A program made the translations under genes and the position numbers. A DNA stretch of 64,000 bases from Yuukianura sp. NJ FZ-2021 (Eukaryota). The stretch lies in the NCBI GenBank assembly GCA_046563655.1, contig CM102284.1, positions 1,798,001 to 1,862,000 on the forward strand, written 5' to 3'. Below are positions 1 through 13,678 of this stretch, piece by piece (position 1 is the first letter of the stretch; each line of letters begins with the position of its first letter). The notes beneath the pieces were generated by a model, which worked only from the letters and a program-made list of their open reading frames with translations, was not told the DNA's origin and did not search any database.

Positions 1-181
1 AACGGCGCGGAACTTGAGCATAACGAATCCCGAGGTACGCTTCGTATCGTAAGCCGTTTCTTGAAGTATCGTAAACTCCGCGCAGTCGCCCTCGACCAGT
101 GTCAGCGATTGGTCCATCGTCTACATTCCCAATCGACGTCGGAATGAAGAAGCAAAGGAAAATCACACCGACAAAAACCAT
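1..181 (-). CDS. Carboxylesterase (type B/COesterase family), N-terminal fragment continuing off the window
   Basis: Manual translation from ATG at 181: MVFVGVIFLCFFIPTSIG (signal peptide) NVDDGPIADTGRGRLRGVYDTSRNGLRYEAYLGIRYAQVPRR. This fits the G-x-L-R-G...Y-L-G-I-x-Y-A-x-x-P start of carboxyl/cholinesterases. Confidence 0.8.
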   Translation of the reverse strand, partial: MVFVGVIFLCFFIPTSIGNVDDGPIADTGRGRLRGVYDTSRNGLRYEAYLGIRYAQVPRR

Positions 182-980
182 TTTATACCAAACAATAACT
201 ATACAATTATTTTTATAAATCGCTTGCTCAACCGTCCAGTTTCTCACATGTCCAGTAGAGCAATGCAACCTCAAAAGATTTCACACAATGGCCATATGAA
301 TGGCCAGAAGATAACGCCCCAAGGTCAACCAGTTTAAATTTAAGCTTTTCCATCACATAATCAACACACTATTTGCTCATATGGCGTGGTTAATGTATTC
401 CTAGCATACTCAATCCCATAATTCCCCAAAACAAGTCCATAGCAAATATGTCAAGTTGTTTACAAGGGACTTTCTGAAGAAACAGATCTGTTTCAGATAT
501 CTGCATCTTCGACAAAGGGCATTCGAAATTGCACCGAATTTAGAAGCATCACAAGAAACACTTTCTTCTTTTTTTTCGGTTTTTACAGTTCTTCAACATT
601 TAAGTTGAAAAATTCGAGTTACTTCATTATGGCCTCTGGAATCGTATGTCTATCTGCAATGGATTCAAATTTTCAAAATCAAAACTTGTTTTTTATTAAA
701 CTTGTAAGAAAAAGTGTAAAAACTTCAGAAAATAGAAAGCGGTTATTACCACTTTAGTTTTTTTTTGTCCAACTATAGGAGTGGCACTGGAAAGAAACCT
801 TGACTGTCGTGTTGAATACATGTCAGCTCCATAGTGATTGGAGCATTTCCAAGAAATGGGAATTTTTTAAGCACTTGTACTATTTTTGAAATAATTTTAA
901 AAAGTTCGGTTGTAGTTTTAAACATCTTCTACAATATATTTATTAGGGTATAACGTTTTTAAATATTGTTTTGTTTTAAA

Positions 981-2093
981 TCAATTCAAATGCGAATGGT
1001 CGTCGAACATGAAAAGTTGCACTCTCCGTTTTCCAGTTGCGTCAAGTTTTCGGCTGATCCGTACCTTTGTGACGCAAGTATTTTTAAGGTGCGTTGAATG
1101 CACAACTTTACTTGCGTTTTCAAGACTTCCTTCTTTGTCTACTGCGAAGTTTTCTGATCGGTGGAGCAAATAGTCCAAAGTACTTAAAATCCAAATACCA
1201 TGTGACACCACAAGGACATTACTGACGGAATGATTTGAGCATGCGTGTGAGTAAACTTCCTGAAACAAAAAATTTTATCTAATTTTGTCCAAAAAATTTG
1301 TCCAAAAACAATTTTTTTTGGCTCACTTCAAAAAACTCGGCAACGCGATTTTTTAAATCTTCGTACGTCTCTCCACCAGGCGGATTAAAATGAATAGCGG
1401 GCTTTCTTTCTTTGAAGCTCCACATAATGGCTGCTTTAAGCCAATCAGAAACAAGAGTTCCTGGTTGCAACGTTCCCATGTCCTGATAAAAATTTTAAAT
1501 TTTTTGAAATTCCCGGGGCATTAAATTTCCAAAATATCATTAATTTTGAATTCAAATTTACCCGCTCACGAATCCTGGCATCAATTTTGAGTTCTGGTAC
1601 GTCAGTTTCTAAATGGGACAAAATCGTATTCGCAGTTTCCTCCGCTCGTTTCAAGTGGCTTGTATACGCGGCATGGAAAACTTCAGATTTTAAACGCCTC
1701 CCAACCTCAACGGCCTGTTAGATTCGAAGTCAAAATAATTTCAACATTTCGAAATTGAAATTTCAAATTCTGAACTTAGACTAGCAGTACGTAACGTGTA
1801 TTTAATTATAAACTGTAAATTAAAATACACTAGTTACCTGTTTTGCTCCAGTAGAATTGAGCGGCAGATCTGCTTCGGTGTCACTTTTGATGACTGGACT
1901 TAAGTTGTAATCAGTTTCGCCGCTAAGACGCAAAAATTAACAACAAAAAATTGTACATTTCGAATTTTGAACAATTTAGTCAAACATTCGTTGTTGGGTT
2001 ACTTTCTCTCAAATGTACTTTTTTTATGATATTTCGAATTACTTACTGTCGGACAATTGTAACAACAAAACTGTTGCTCCACAGATCGTGCAT
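981..2093 (-). CDS. Histidine phosphatase, TIGAR/phosphoglycerate-mutase-like (about 5 exons)
   Basis: Spliced translation gives VTIVRH|GETDYN (RHG motif split by an intron), LNSTGAKQ, YTSHLKRAEETA, DARIRER|DMG, PPGGET, VLVVSHG, LKNTCVT and DDHSHL, with GT-AG introns. Confidence 0.85.
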
Positions 2094-2751
2094 TTTGCTT
2101 ATTCTGTTTTTTGAAATTGAAAACTTTTTTAAGAAATACAACTCCCACAGGCCTCAAGGCTATGAACTTACAAAAACTGGTTTATTCTGTCTAAGCTTAT
2201 AAAGTTTAGTTTGGGTTTTTGTATTGAATTTTATCAGTAGATAATTTTTTTTTTACAACGGTTGATGTCACACCTTTACACTTCGGCAACTAAAAAAGAA
2301 CTTTGTATCATGGAATTCACACGTTTTCAACTCACATGCTTAACTTAATTTTACAATTGTATGTTCCACTTGGCAAAAAAATAGAAGATTACTAAAGTTC
2401 ACACCTTCGATTTACATCCAGAGTAAACTTTTGCTCGAGCTTAGTTGAACCCACTTCGTCGGTCCAAGATTAAAGTAATCATGAATTTGTTTAGTTGATT
2501 CATCATCATGTTGAAAACTTTGTCAACTCAATCATCACATCAAGGCAAATCAAACAACTCACAGAAATTATGAAGCCGTGACATGATGACCACACGGCGC
2601 ATGACCAAATAAATTCAGAACTACAAACACAACACAAAAGTTGACCTTTGAAACTTCCATCCAAAAAGTTTAGTTCTCGTACGATAAAATTTGGATTGGA
2701 TATGACCTTTGACCTTGAAATGACAATTATTTCAGGTCAGGCCAAGTAGCG

Positions 2752-2850
2752 TCATTTTTTAAATTGAAGTTATTTCATTACAACCAAATTAGCGTAAAAA
2801 TTTACGCTAATTTGGTTTCTATGAAATAATTATTGCAATTTAAAAAATGA
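2752..2850. repeat. Imperfect ~100-bp palindrome, possibly a collapsed MITE
   Basis: Perfect core aaccaaattagcgtaaa / tttacgctaatttggtt, with outer arms tcattttttaaattg...ttatttcat / atgaaataa...caatttaaaaaatga. Confidence 0.6.
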
Positions 2851-3275
2851 ATTGAAAATTTTTTTCGAATTTTAAAGACGTTATTTTTTAAACTCGTGTA
2901 AATTTTGTGATTCAATCAAATATGTTTCACCTTGGCAAAGACGCTAATCTTATTTAGGTATGCACTTTCGACGTCTGCATTGTGGTTTGAACTGAAGGAA
3001 TTTGACCCTGTTTGAATGCCACAAATTCCGATAAAAATTAATATGCAGTTCAAAATGAATTTAGACAATATTCAGTTCCGTGTGGTAACAGTGATTCAGT
3101 CAATTTTCTTACTTTGGTGGAATTTCACAATTTCAATAATTTCACTACTGAACCTAAACCTATACTGCAGTCACTGATCTAAAATTTAAGATTTTTTAGT
3201 TGTGAAATAAAGCTAATGACACAACTTCACTCAAACTAAAAGTTTTTCTTAAATATTTTAAATTTTTGAACAAAA

Positions 3276-3949
3276 ATGGGTAAAGCTCTGCCAGTGCTTT
3301 TATTAGCCGTAGTCGTTGGAGTAATTTTGGCAATTGACAACAGCGCACATGTAAGTATAGAATGAAATTTCTTTAGTTAGTGCCAAATGTAAATGTAGAA
3401 AAAGATTGGACGTTTCATCAAAAACTTTCCATTAAGAAATACTCCACTCCAATTTTCTTTTCAAGCATTTTTGAAGTTCCCTTTTCAAAATTTTACTTTT
3501 AGACACATTTTTAGCTATTGATCACTGTTGATCAACTATCGGCTGTTTGATATTTCTGGTTTCTGAGCGTTGATTTTAAAAGTCTGGATTTTGTAGTAAA
3601 AATGTTTTAATTCAATACTTTGCAAAGTAAAGTGTGCTATTTCGATATGTTCAGCATATATTATAATACGTTTTATATTGCACTTATTTTTTAGCAATTA
3701 TCCAAAGTGCAGACGGAGTTGAAGGCAGGGAAATTATTCAGTGCCTTTGACACAGATAGAAATGGAGTTCTAGACGAGAAGGAATTTACATCCGGTTGGG
3801 TGCAGCATAGCGAAGATAAATGTCCAAAAACAGACTACTCGAGCTACGTTTTCCAAATCGGTGATTGGTGCACGCGGAATGAGTACTGCTCAAACGCAGT
3901 TAAAGGCATGTACGAAGTTGCGAATTCTCTTAGTTCTTCAATGTCTTAG
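3276..3949 (+). CDS. Small secreted EF-hand protein (2 exons)
   Basis: Exon 1 MGKALPVLLLAVVVGVILAIDNSAH ends at a gtaagt donor. Exon 2 follows ttttag near 3695 and contains the canonical EF-hand loop DTDRNGVLDEKE. Confidence 0.65.
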
Positions 3950-4499
3950 GTGTATAATAACAAATCTGTTCAGCAACAAAAATTTAGAATGTGATACTCG
4001 CTTTCTGAGAAAATAAAAACAGCACACCGAGTTGTTCCAACTGTACATAGTGATATCAAGTTGACCTCCATTTGGCATGCTCCGGGCGGTCGCTACGTGA
4101 ACGTGACATCCTATTTGAGCTAGTTTTATGTGCATGCTTGATAATGCAGGATGTCTATAATTTGAAGAGAAAAAACTTTGAAAAAAGGCTACTAAAAAAA
4201 CTTTTAAAGCATTTATGTCATTCAATTCGAGCTAAACTGAAGCAATATGAAGCAGTCGCGTTTCTATGCCTAGTCGCGTGTAAATTCAAATAAATGTCGC
4301 ATTGAAATTATGCCCAGGACTTTATTATCTTTGCAGCTATGTATTTCCTACTAAATTGCTGCATAATAAGTACTTATAACAAACTTTTTAGACTTTATAA
4401 AAGTTTTTTCTTACTGTGCCACTTCTTTCTTCATGCGCTCAGTTGAGTATAGAATCGGACCAGTCAGTACATCTGAATACCTCATCTGCCTTTGAAGAA

Positions 4500-6721
4500 A
4501 TGTCACTTGTAATGTTGTACGTATGCTTCTTTTCCACTATAAATATTGTGTTTGCACAAGCGCCGCTTGGAATCGATACCACAAAATTTCCTAACTGTCA
4601 AATAGACATTCTGGACTCCGGGTTGAACTTGGAAAGTTACGGTAACATTCCGTCTCCTGTTTCTATTTACACAAATTTAGGCCACCCAGTTACCTCAACC
4701 CCAATAAACGATTACGTCGACGTACGGCTTTTGGAATTGATCAAATATTGGCCATTTCTAAAGCTTCGTTGCTACGTCATATTGGACATTTATCCACCAA
4801 CTACACTACACATTAGACTCAATCTCAAATCATACAAACTTCTCGTACACTGTTGGCGAGACCCAGGATACCCAGACACTTGCTATGGTCGGTACACCTA
4901 CCACATAATAGTTCTGCGACCAGGTACAACAGGCAGATTCAACGTCGATACATCGCAATACAACAAGATACCGAAATATACTTATGAACGGACCAATCAA
5001 AATAAGTCTCTTGTTACAGTCCAAATGGCAAGTGGGGAAACATACATATTGTCACATACTGGCGGTAAAGAACCTCTGTCCAAAGTATTTCTGGATAATT
5101 TATATGGCCAACTAAGCCCACATATATGGCCTATGAACTGGCTACTTGGAGGACACTACGATATTTTCTTCGAAACTCATGATATACTTAAACGTACGTT
5201 TCGTGAGAAACCAATCAAACCGTACTCCGAGATGTATGTTATTTGGCATGTAGTTAGACCAACTACAACTTCAAAGTATGCCAACTTTACTAAAGCTGTG
5301 CTTCGCCGGAAAAAAGGTATTTATAACATACATGTCAAAGTTCTACCTGGTTTTCCGTTGGCCTATTCACAAAACGGGTTACTTGAACAAGACCAGGACA
5401 CATACGTTTTCATTGTCAAAAACGTGTGGTATAATTTTATCACTTGTGACGGAATGTCGTCTTACCTCAACCTTGCTTACCTTTCTTCACCATACGAAAT
5501 TCACGTCTGGGTTGCAATAGTTTTGTGCTTCACTATTGCAACGGTCTTCATTTCCGGACTTTTCCGCCAACTGAAAGTTAAGGATAGCGCAGTTTTCCTT
5601 TTTACGAAAATTGTTGCGGAGCAGGGCATTGGAACGTCGAAAAAGACGACGAATTCTACCGGATTCAAAGCAGTGGTGGGAACACTGATTTTCATATGCT
5701 TAGTTTTGGCTAATTTGTACAGAGGGCGTGTCACTTCAAATTTGACAGCTCCTACTCCGGCTACTGGACTCCAGAAGATTAGGGACGCTGTCAATCAAAA
5801 CTATACATTCCTGATCCCATTGGACTTGGACAATGACTTCGTTAGAAATCATCTTGGAAGTAGTAAGTCCATTATTATCGTGTCCCTATGGTTAAAATGC
5901 CGTAAAATTTTGGGTCACAGCACTACAAGATCACATGTCAAAGGTCACAGGTCATTTTGCAGTACAAGAAACGAAATTCAGGGACGCAAAAAACATATTT
6001 GAAGGAAGAAATGTGTCACTATAAGTTTATTTTCTTTTTATTAGTTGACGCCGATGGTACTGACTTCATCTTCCTTTTTGACTCGCATGCCATACAAAGG
6101 GCATGCGAGTATTATTCAGCAGATCGTGACTCTTTGATGGCTATCGATCATGAAATGGAGCACAATTACAATGCCAGTGGATTCAGCATACCGCAGCGCA
6201 TCCGTCCACCAGCCAAATGCCTTGGAACGTCAGTCAAGCAACCGCGTTTGAACAACTTAAACATTTCGCTGGAGCGTGAATTTTTAAAATGTAACAAAAC
6301 TCTTGTTGCGAGCACTCCGACAAAACTGGATTACTGGTTCACATGGATGGCGAACAAAGCGTCGGAGTCGACTCCAAAGATTTACTACGGAACAGATAAA
6401 TTTCACTATGAAAGTAGAGCGTTCGGTATAGAAAAAACGCAGTGGGATAGGCTAATGATTCTGTACCAAAGGTTTCAGTCAATGTTGACTTCTGGATTAT
6501 ATGCTAAAATTGCAGAGTTTGAGGGACTTGCGGCAAAAATTAACAGTCAAAAGGCATTATTCAAAATGCGGACAACCGGACCACTACCGATTGGCACTGA
6601 AAGTAACTTGTTTCTATCAACATTCACTGTATTTGGATTTTGTTTGGTCATTTGTACGATTGCATTTGGTATTGAAACGTGGCTGAATGTTATGTACTGT
6701 ATGGCAAAATATTTTTTTTGA
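4500..6721 (+). CDS. Divergent ionotropic receptor (iGluR/IR)-like protein, copy A; intron 5863-6044
   Basis: Signal peptide, large ectodomain, YNFITC, SPYEIHVWVAI (M1), re-entrant AEQG, LANLYRGRVTSNLTAP (SYTANLAAF-equivalent helix), S2-like region and a final TM helix. Confidence 0.7.
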
Positions 6722-7341
6722 GAGTTTATTTAATTATATACACATGCTAAACATGTTAAACAGTTGAAGGCATGTACGAAGTTGCTGCTTCTCTCGGTTC
6801 TTAAATGTGTCGGACTTATTTAAAAAACCTGTTCAGCAATAACAACAATGTCATAATCGAACTCTGAGAGAATAAAAATAACACTTGGCTTTGTATAAAT
6901 TGTACATTAGTAATATTAAGCTCCCCTACATTTGACGTACTCCTTCAGTCCGTAGCATCACAACCGTTTGAGCTAATTATATGTTCATGTTGGATATGTT
7001 ATGTCCATAATTTGAAAACCATGGACAAAAAAATAACTTAAAACCGATTATGTTCAACCCGAGTTAAACTGAAGATATACAAACAATTGAGTTCCTAAGT
7101 ACAATACAAGATTTTTGCCTAGTCGCGTGCAAGTTCAAACAATTGTTGCATTCAAATTATCCCAGGAAATTTCTTTATAAAGGATGTAAATACTACTAAA
7201 TTGCAGCGAAAAAATAACTTACAACAAAATTTCGAGCTTTTTATTTCAGAGTTTTTATCATGCTATCTTTTTTTAATACGAGTTCAGTTGGGTAGAGTAA
7301 GTGAAACGCTCGGTTACATCAGAATATCTGAGAATCTTGAA

Positions 7342-9858
7342 ATGTCAGTTGTAGTGTTCTACGTTTGGTTCTTTTGTATCGTCAACACTGCCTATGCCAA
7401 AGCACGGCTTGGAATCGATACAACAAAATTCCCTAACTGTCAAATTGACATTTTGGATTCCGGGTTAAACTTGGGAAGTTACGGTAACATTCCGTCTCCA
7501 GTTTCTATATACACAAATTTAGGCCACCCAGTTAGCTCAACCCCAATTGATGACTATGGGCTCAGGGCACAGCCCCTGGAATTGCTTAAGTTTTGGCCAT
7601 TTTTAAAACTTTGTTGCTACGTCATTCTGGACATTTACCCACCTACTACAAAGCACGTTGAACTCAATCACGACTCGTACGAAGGCCTCGTAGCCTGCTT
7701 CCGAGAAACGCACCCTCGGACCTGCTACGGTCGGTACACATACTACATAATAGTCTTACGACCCGGTACAACCGACGGATTCAATATCCACGACGAGGCA
7801 TGGTCCTACAACATACCGAAATATACGTATGAACAGACAACCAAAAATACGTCTTTGGTTACGGTCCAAATGGAGAATTGGGTAAGATACAAGTTGGCAA
7901 GCACTGGAGGTGAGCAATTTTTGTCAAAAGTATTTTTGGATAATTTCTATGGACAACTTATTCCGCACATATGGCCTATGCAATGGGTACTTGAAAGAAA
8001 CTATCATCCCAGCTTACTTGAAGTTGATGATTTACGCAAAGGTACGTTTCGTGGAAAACCAATCAAACCGTACTCCGAGATGTATGTTATATGGCAACTA
8101 GTTAGACCAGTGACGATTTCGAAGTGTGTCAACTTTACTAAAGCTGTGCTTAGCCGGAAAAGAGGTATGCATAAGATAGACGTTACGCTTCTACCTGACT
8201 TTTCGTTTTCGATATCACAATACGGGTTACTTGAACAAGCCCAGGACACTTACGTTTTCATTGTCAAAAACATATGGTATAACTTTATCACTTGCGATGG
8301 AATGTCGTCTTACCTCAACGTTGCTTACCTTTCCTCACCCTACGAAATTGTCGTCTGGATTACAACAGTTTCTTGCTTCACAATTGCAGCGGCCTTCATT
8401 TCTGTACTTTTCCGTCATTCCAAAATTAAGGACAGCGCGATTTTACTTTTTGCGAGAATTATTGCAGAGCAAGGCATTGGAATTTCGGAAAAAGCGTTGA
8501 ATACTACAGGGTTCAAAACAGTGGCGGGAACACTGATTTTCATATCACTAGTTTTGACGACGTTGTACAGAGGGCGTGTCACTTCAAATCTGATAGCACC
8601 TACTCCGGTCACTGGACTCCAAATGATTAGGGAGGCAGTTAACCAAAACTATACATTTCTGATACCACTGGACCTAGACAATGACTTCGTTAGAAAACAA
8701 CTTTCAAGTAAGTCATAATTATTGCTGGGATTACAATATGCCCGATTGTCACCTACACTTTTTCTAATGTGTTGTTCAGCGAAAATTAGACACCAACAAA
8801 CTCAAAAATTTGTTTATTTTCAAAATTATGCGGGGTGATGAGTGCCAAATGCTCTGCGCAATAAGAATTCGTTTAAACGTATTTCGTTTTTTGGTCTCAA
8901 TTTTCGCAAAAATTGCAAATTTAAAAGAAAGATGCCACGGAAACAATTTGGGGGAGTCTACTTATCCCTGAACAACACTTATAGTTTTACTAAGCAGCGT
9001 CAAAAAAAACAGCGGAAGAAATAAAACAAATCTTGCGAAACAAAGTTTACTGGTATATTACTCGCGCTTTTCGCATCAGTATGCTATAAAGGCTTATATG
9101 TTTCAAAAAATTTCAAAAAATATTCTTTCAAAAATATTTTTGGAAGAATGCATTTTAGGCTGATTTTCTTTTTAACAGATCCCGATGGTACTCACCGGCT
9201 CTTTGAGCCAAGACGTTTACATATAGTATGCAACATGTATTCAGATATTAACTTTTTGCTTGCTCTCGAACATGAAATGGTTTACAATTACAACAGCAGT
9301 GGATTTATCATACCGCCGGGCAGGTATCGCCGAACCAAATGCCTTGGAATATCAGACAAGCAGCCGTATTTGAACGACTTAAACATTTCATTAGAGCGGG
9401 AACTTTTAAAATGTGACAAAACGTTAGTTGCCGACACTCCGGAAAAACTGGATCACTGTTTTATAAGGATGACCAGCAAAGTGTCGGAGTCATCTGCTAA
9501 GCTTTACTATGGAACAGATAAATTTCATAATGAAAATAGAGCGTTTAGTATAGAAAATACTGAGTGGGATCGACTGATGATTCTGTACCAAAGGTTTCAG
9601 TCAATGTTCAGTTCTGGACTATTTGACAAAAGTGCAGAGTTGGAGGGACTGGCAGCAAAAATTATAAATCAAAGAGCACTGTTTAAAATGCAGACAGTTG
9701 GACCACAACCGATTGACTATAAAAGTAACTTGTTTCTGTAAACGTTAACAGCATTTGGTTTCTGTTTTATCATTTGCATAATGGCATTTGGTATTGAAAA
9801 TTGTCAAAGTGTTAATATATATGTATTATTATTCAGATTTCTCCAATTGCAGCATTAA
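7342..9858 (+). pseudogene. IR-like copy B with premature TAA at 9739-9741 before the last TM helix; intron 8708-9178
   Basis: Paralogs read ...TTT CTG/CTA TCA AC...; this copy reads TTT CTG TAA AC. The frame stays open past the stop (TLTAFGFCFIICIMAFGIE...LQH) to TAA at 9856-9858. Confidence 0.7.
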
Positions 9859-10455
9859 CAGTATTAGCTGAGGGACAAGTATATGCCGAGGGACAAGTTA
9901 AAGGTCAGTAGGTTGTTGATGACTCTCTCATTTCCACAATCGCTTAACCTAATTTAAAAAACCTGCAGACAACAATTTAGAATGTGATAGTCGATTCATG
10001 AGAAAGTAAGATGATGTACAAATTATGCATTGTGCTATTAAGCTGACCTCTTTTTGACCTACTCGTCCGATCCGTAGCATTACTATTTGAGCTAATTTTA
10101 TGTCCATGCTAGGCAAATTATTTCCATACTTAAAAAAAACAACAACTTAAAACCGATTATGTTCAATTCGGGCTAGTCTGAAGAAAAGGAACAATTTAGT
10201 TTCTCCGCAGCGAAAGCGTAATTTTCTCTAGTCGCGTGCAAATTCAAATAATTTTTACATTAAAGCTATCTCAAAAAATTTAGCCATGAAGGTATACTTA
10301 ATGCTACTATGTGATACGAAATTGCTACGAAATAAGCAGTTACAACAAACTTTTTCCTCTAACAAATTCTCATCATGCTATCTCTTTTCACATGAGTTCA
10401 ATTCAGTAAAGTAAACGAAACAGTCAGTTGCTGCAGAATATTCAGAATCTTTGAA

Positions 10456-12640
10456 ATGTCTCTAGTAGCGTTGCACGTATGGATTTTTTCTGTTGTAATC
10501 ACAGCGTATTCTGAAGCACCGCTTGGAATCGATACCACAAAATTTCCTAACTGTCAAATTGACATTTTGGACTCCGGGTTAAACTTGGGAAGTTACGGTA
10601 ACATTCCGTCGCCTGTTTCTATATACACAAATTTAGGCCACCCAGTTACCTCAACCCCAATTGATGACTACGGGCTCAGGGCACAGCCCCTGGAATTGCT
10701 TAAATTTTGGCCATTTTTAAAACTTTGTTGTTACGTCATAGTAGACATTTACCCACCTACTACAAAGCACGTTAAACTTAATCACGATTCTTACGAAGGC
10801 CTCGTAGCCTGCTTCCGGGAAGAACCTTTTCATCACACTTGCTACGGTAGGTACACCTATTACATAATAATCCAACTACCCGGTACAACAGAAAGATTCA
10901 ACCTCAACATATATACCTGGATACTCAACAAAATACCGAGATATACATATGAACAGACTAGTCAAAATACGTCTTTGGTTACAGTCCAGATGGAAAGTCA
11001 TGGAAGATTCAAATTGGCACATACTGGAAGTCTACGATCTTTGTCCAAAGTATTTCTGGATAATTTCTATGGTCAACTTATGACGGATATATGGCCCATG
11101 CAATGGCTACTTGGAGGACACTATGGAGAAAATCTCTTTGAATTTGATAATATACGCAAAGGTAGGTTTTGGGGAAAACCAATCAAAAAGTACTCCGAGC
11201 TGTATGTTATATGGGATGTAGTTAGACCAACGACGATTTCAAAGTATGCTAACTTTACTACAGCTGAGCTTAGGTGGAAAAAAGGTAGGAATAGCATAAG
11301 GGTTTCAGTTCAACCTGATTTTCCGTTGGCCAATTTACGAAGCGGCTTATTTAACCAAGCGCAGGACACGTACGTTTTCATTGTCAAAAACGTGTGGTAT
11401 AACTTTATCACTTGCGACGGAATGTCGTCTTACCTCGACATTGCTTACCTTTCTTCGCCCTACGACATTAGCCTCTGGATTGCAGCAATTGTTTGCTTTA
11501 CTATTGCAACGGCCTTTATTTCTGGACTTTTTTGGCATTTCAAAACTCAGGATAGCGCTGTGTTCCTTTTTGCGAAAATTATGGCGGAGCAGGGCCTTGG
11601 AATGTCAAAAAAGGCGATGAATACTACCGGATTCAAAACAATGGCGGGAGTACTGATTTTCATATCTTTAGTATTGACGACTTTGTACAGAGGGCGTGTC
11701 ACTTCAAATTTGACAGCTCCCACTCCGGCCACTGGACTCCAAAGGATAAGGGACGCCGTCAATCAAAACTATACATTTTTATACCCACTGGACTTGGACA
11801 ATGACTTCGTTGAAGAACACCTTGCAAGAAGTAAGTTTATTATCGTGTACCCCTATGATATATATAAATATCATAAATATCATATCTATAAATGTATAAA
11901 TTTCAAAAAATAGAGGGGGAAAAATATGTTTCGGAAGAGTCTTTTATAGGTTGATTTTCTTTTTAATAGGCACCGATGGTACTGACTTCCTCTTCCTGTT
12001 TGTGCCCAAAAGTGTACAGAGCGCATGCGACTCGTATTCAGATCGTGACTTTTTGATTGCTATGGCACATGAGATGGAGTACAATTACAATGCCAGCGGA
12101 TTTACCATACCCGCGGGCAGCTCCCTACGAACTAAATGCCTCGTATCATCAGTCAAGCTACCGCATTTGAACAAGTTAAACATTTCGCTTGAGCCCGAAT
12201 TTTTAAAATGTAACAAAACTCTAATTGCGAGCACTCCGCAAAAACTGGATCACTGGTTTACATGGATGACGAACAAAGCGTCGGAGTCGACTGGAAAGAT
12301 TTACTACGGAAAAGATAAATTTCACAGTGAAAACAGAGCGTTCAGTATAGAACATACTGAGTGGGACAGACTGTTGATTCTGTACCAAAGGTTTCAGTCA
12401 ATGTTAAATTCTGGACTGTTTGCTAAAAGTGCAGAGTTCGAAGCATTGGCGGCAAAAATTAAAAGTCAAAAGGCACTGCTTAAAATGCAGACAAGCGGAC
12501 CTGTACCGATTGGCGTTGAAAGTAACTTGTTTCTGTCAACGTTAACAGCATTTGCGTTCTGTTGTATCATTTGTACGATGGCATTTGCTATTGAAATGTC
12601 GCAAAATGCGATCTATCTCTTGCGAAGTATTTTTGGGTGA
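10456..12640 (+). CDS. Divergent IR-like protein, copy C; intron 11831-11969
   Basis: Same motifs and same phase-1 intron position as copy A; both exons are open. Confidence 0.7.
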
Positions 12641-12918
12641 CAATTTATTTTATTATACATACATAGGTATAATATATTATTGAATTTATATTTTCAACAA
12701 CAAAACTAACAGTTATAGCTTGAGTATCTGTGTGGAGTGATGCCGTTAGCTGGTTGCTGTACTACTAATCAATTTTATTGAATTAAAAGGAAAATAGTTT
12801 TTCGCGGAAGAGGTTCTTCTCTTTAAGGTTGGGGCGATTTAAGAAAATTTTAGTAAAATGTAAGCACTCCAAGTTGATATAAATTGCATTAAATTGACAC
12901 TTAGTCATGTTTTCGCCT

Positions 12919-13678
12919 TTAATATGACGAGGGACACGGTCTGTAGACATAACCCAGAACACCATCGTTTGTCCATCCCATGTTGTCCATTGCCTTGATG
13001 TTGTACTCCAAAGCCAATCGCTGGACACCACCTCTATGGAATGCGTAGAGCCCAAAAGTACCTTCCCTTGGTTCTGAAAAGATGTAACATGGTACGTAGG
13101 CACCATTAGTAAAGTGGTTCCAACTGCCAGTGAGAGGTTTAGTTGAGAACCGATTGTTGTTCCCATTGTAGTATCTCTCAAGCACAACCGTCCCATTTAT
13201 TGGCGATTGCACCACTCGAGCCAGCTCTCCCAAATTCCAATGTGAATATCCTTCTCTTGCTGATAATTAAAAGAAAATCTTTGTTAAAGAAATCAATACC
13301 AACCTACACCTAGCAAAAACCTTTGACGAAGAAATACTTTAGTATGTAACCAAGTAATCAATTAAATGATGTTTACATAAATTTATGTAAAACCACGATT
13401 TAGCAAGGTTGCTGCTTAGCAACTGATTTATACTTACAAAGATCAGTCCAGACAGTGGAATAAAAAAAGTCCGTCCCGGCAGGCTGGTAGAACTCACGGA
13501 ATGAAACAAAGCGTGAATCTGAGCAAACGTCGAAACTGAAATCGGGACAGGTTTTTGCCTGATCAGAGTTTTCTTTGTAATAATCGCCGGTCAATAATTT
13601 TTGATCTGGTAATGCCATTGTAACATTCTCTCCGGTATAACCGTTAACAATTGACAAGACTAGCACAAACGTAGGCAT
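12919..13678 (-). CDS. DUF5648-like repeat protein, copy 1 (2 exons)
   Basis: Three degenerate repeats (FVSFREFY..DFFYST, TVVLERYY..NRFST, TFGLYAFH...GWTNDGVLGYVY) after a short hydrophobic N-terminus; intron about 13260-13437. Confidence 0.55.
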
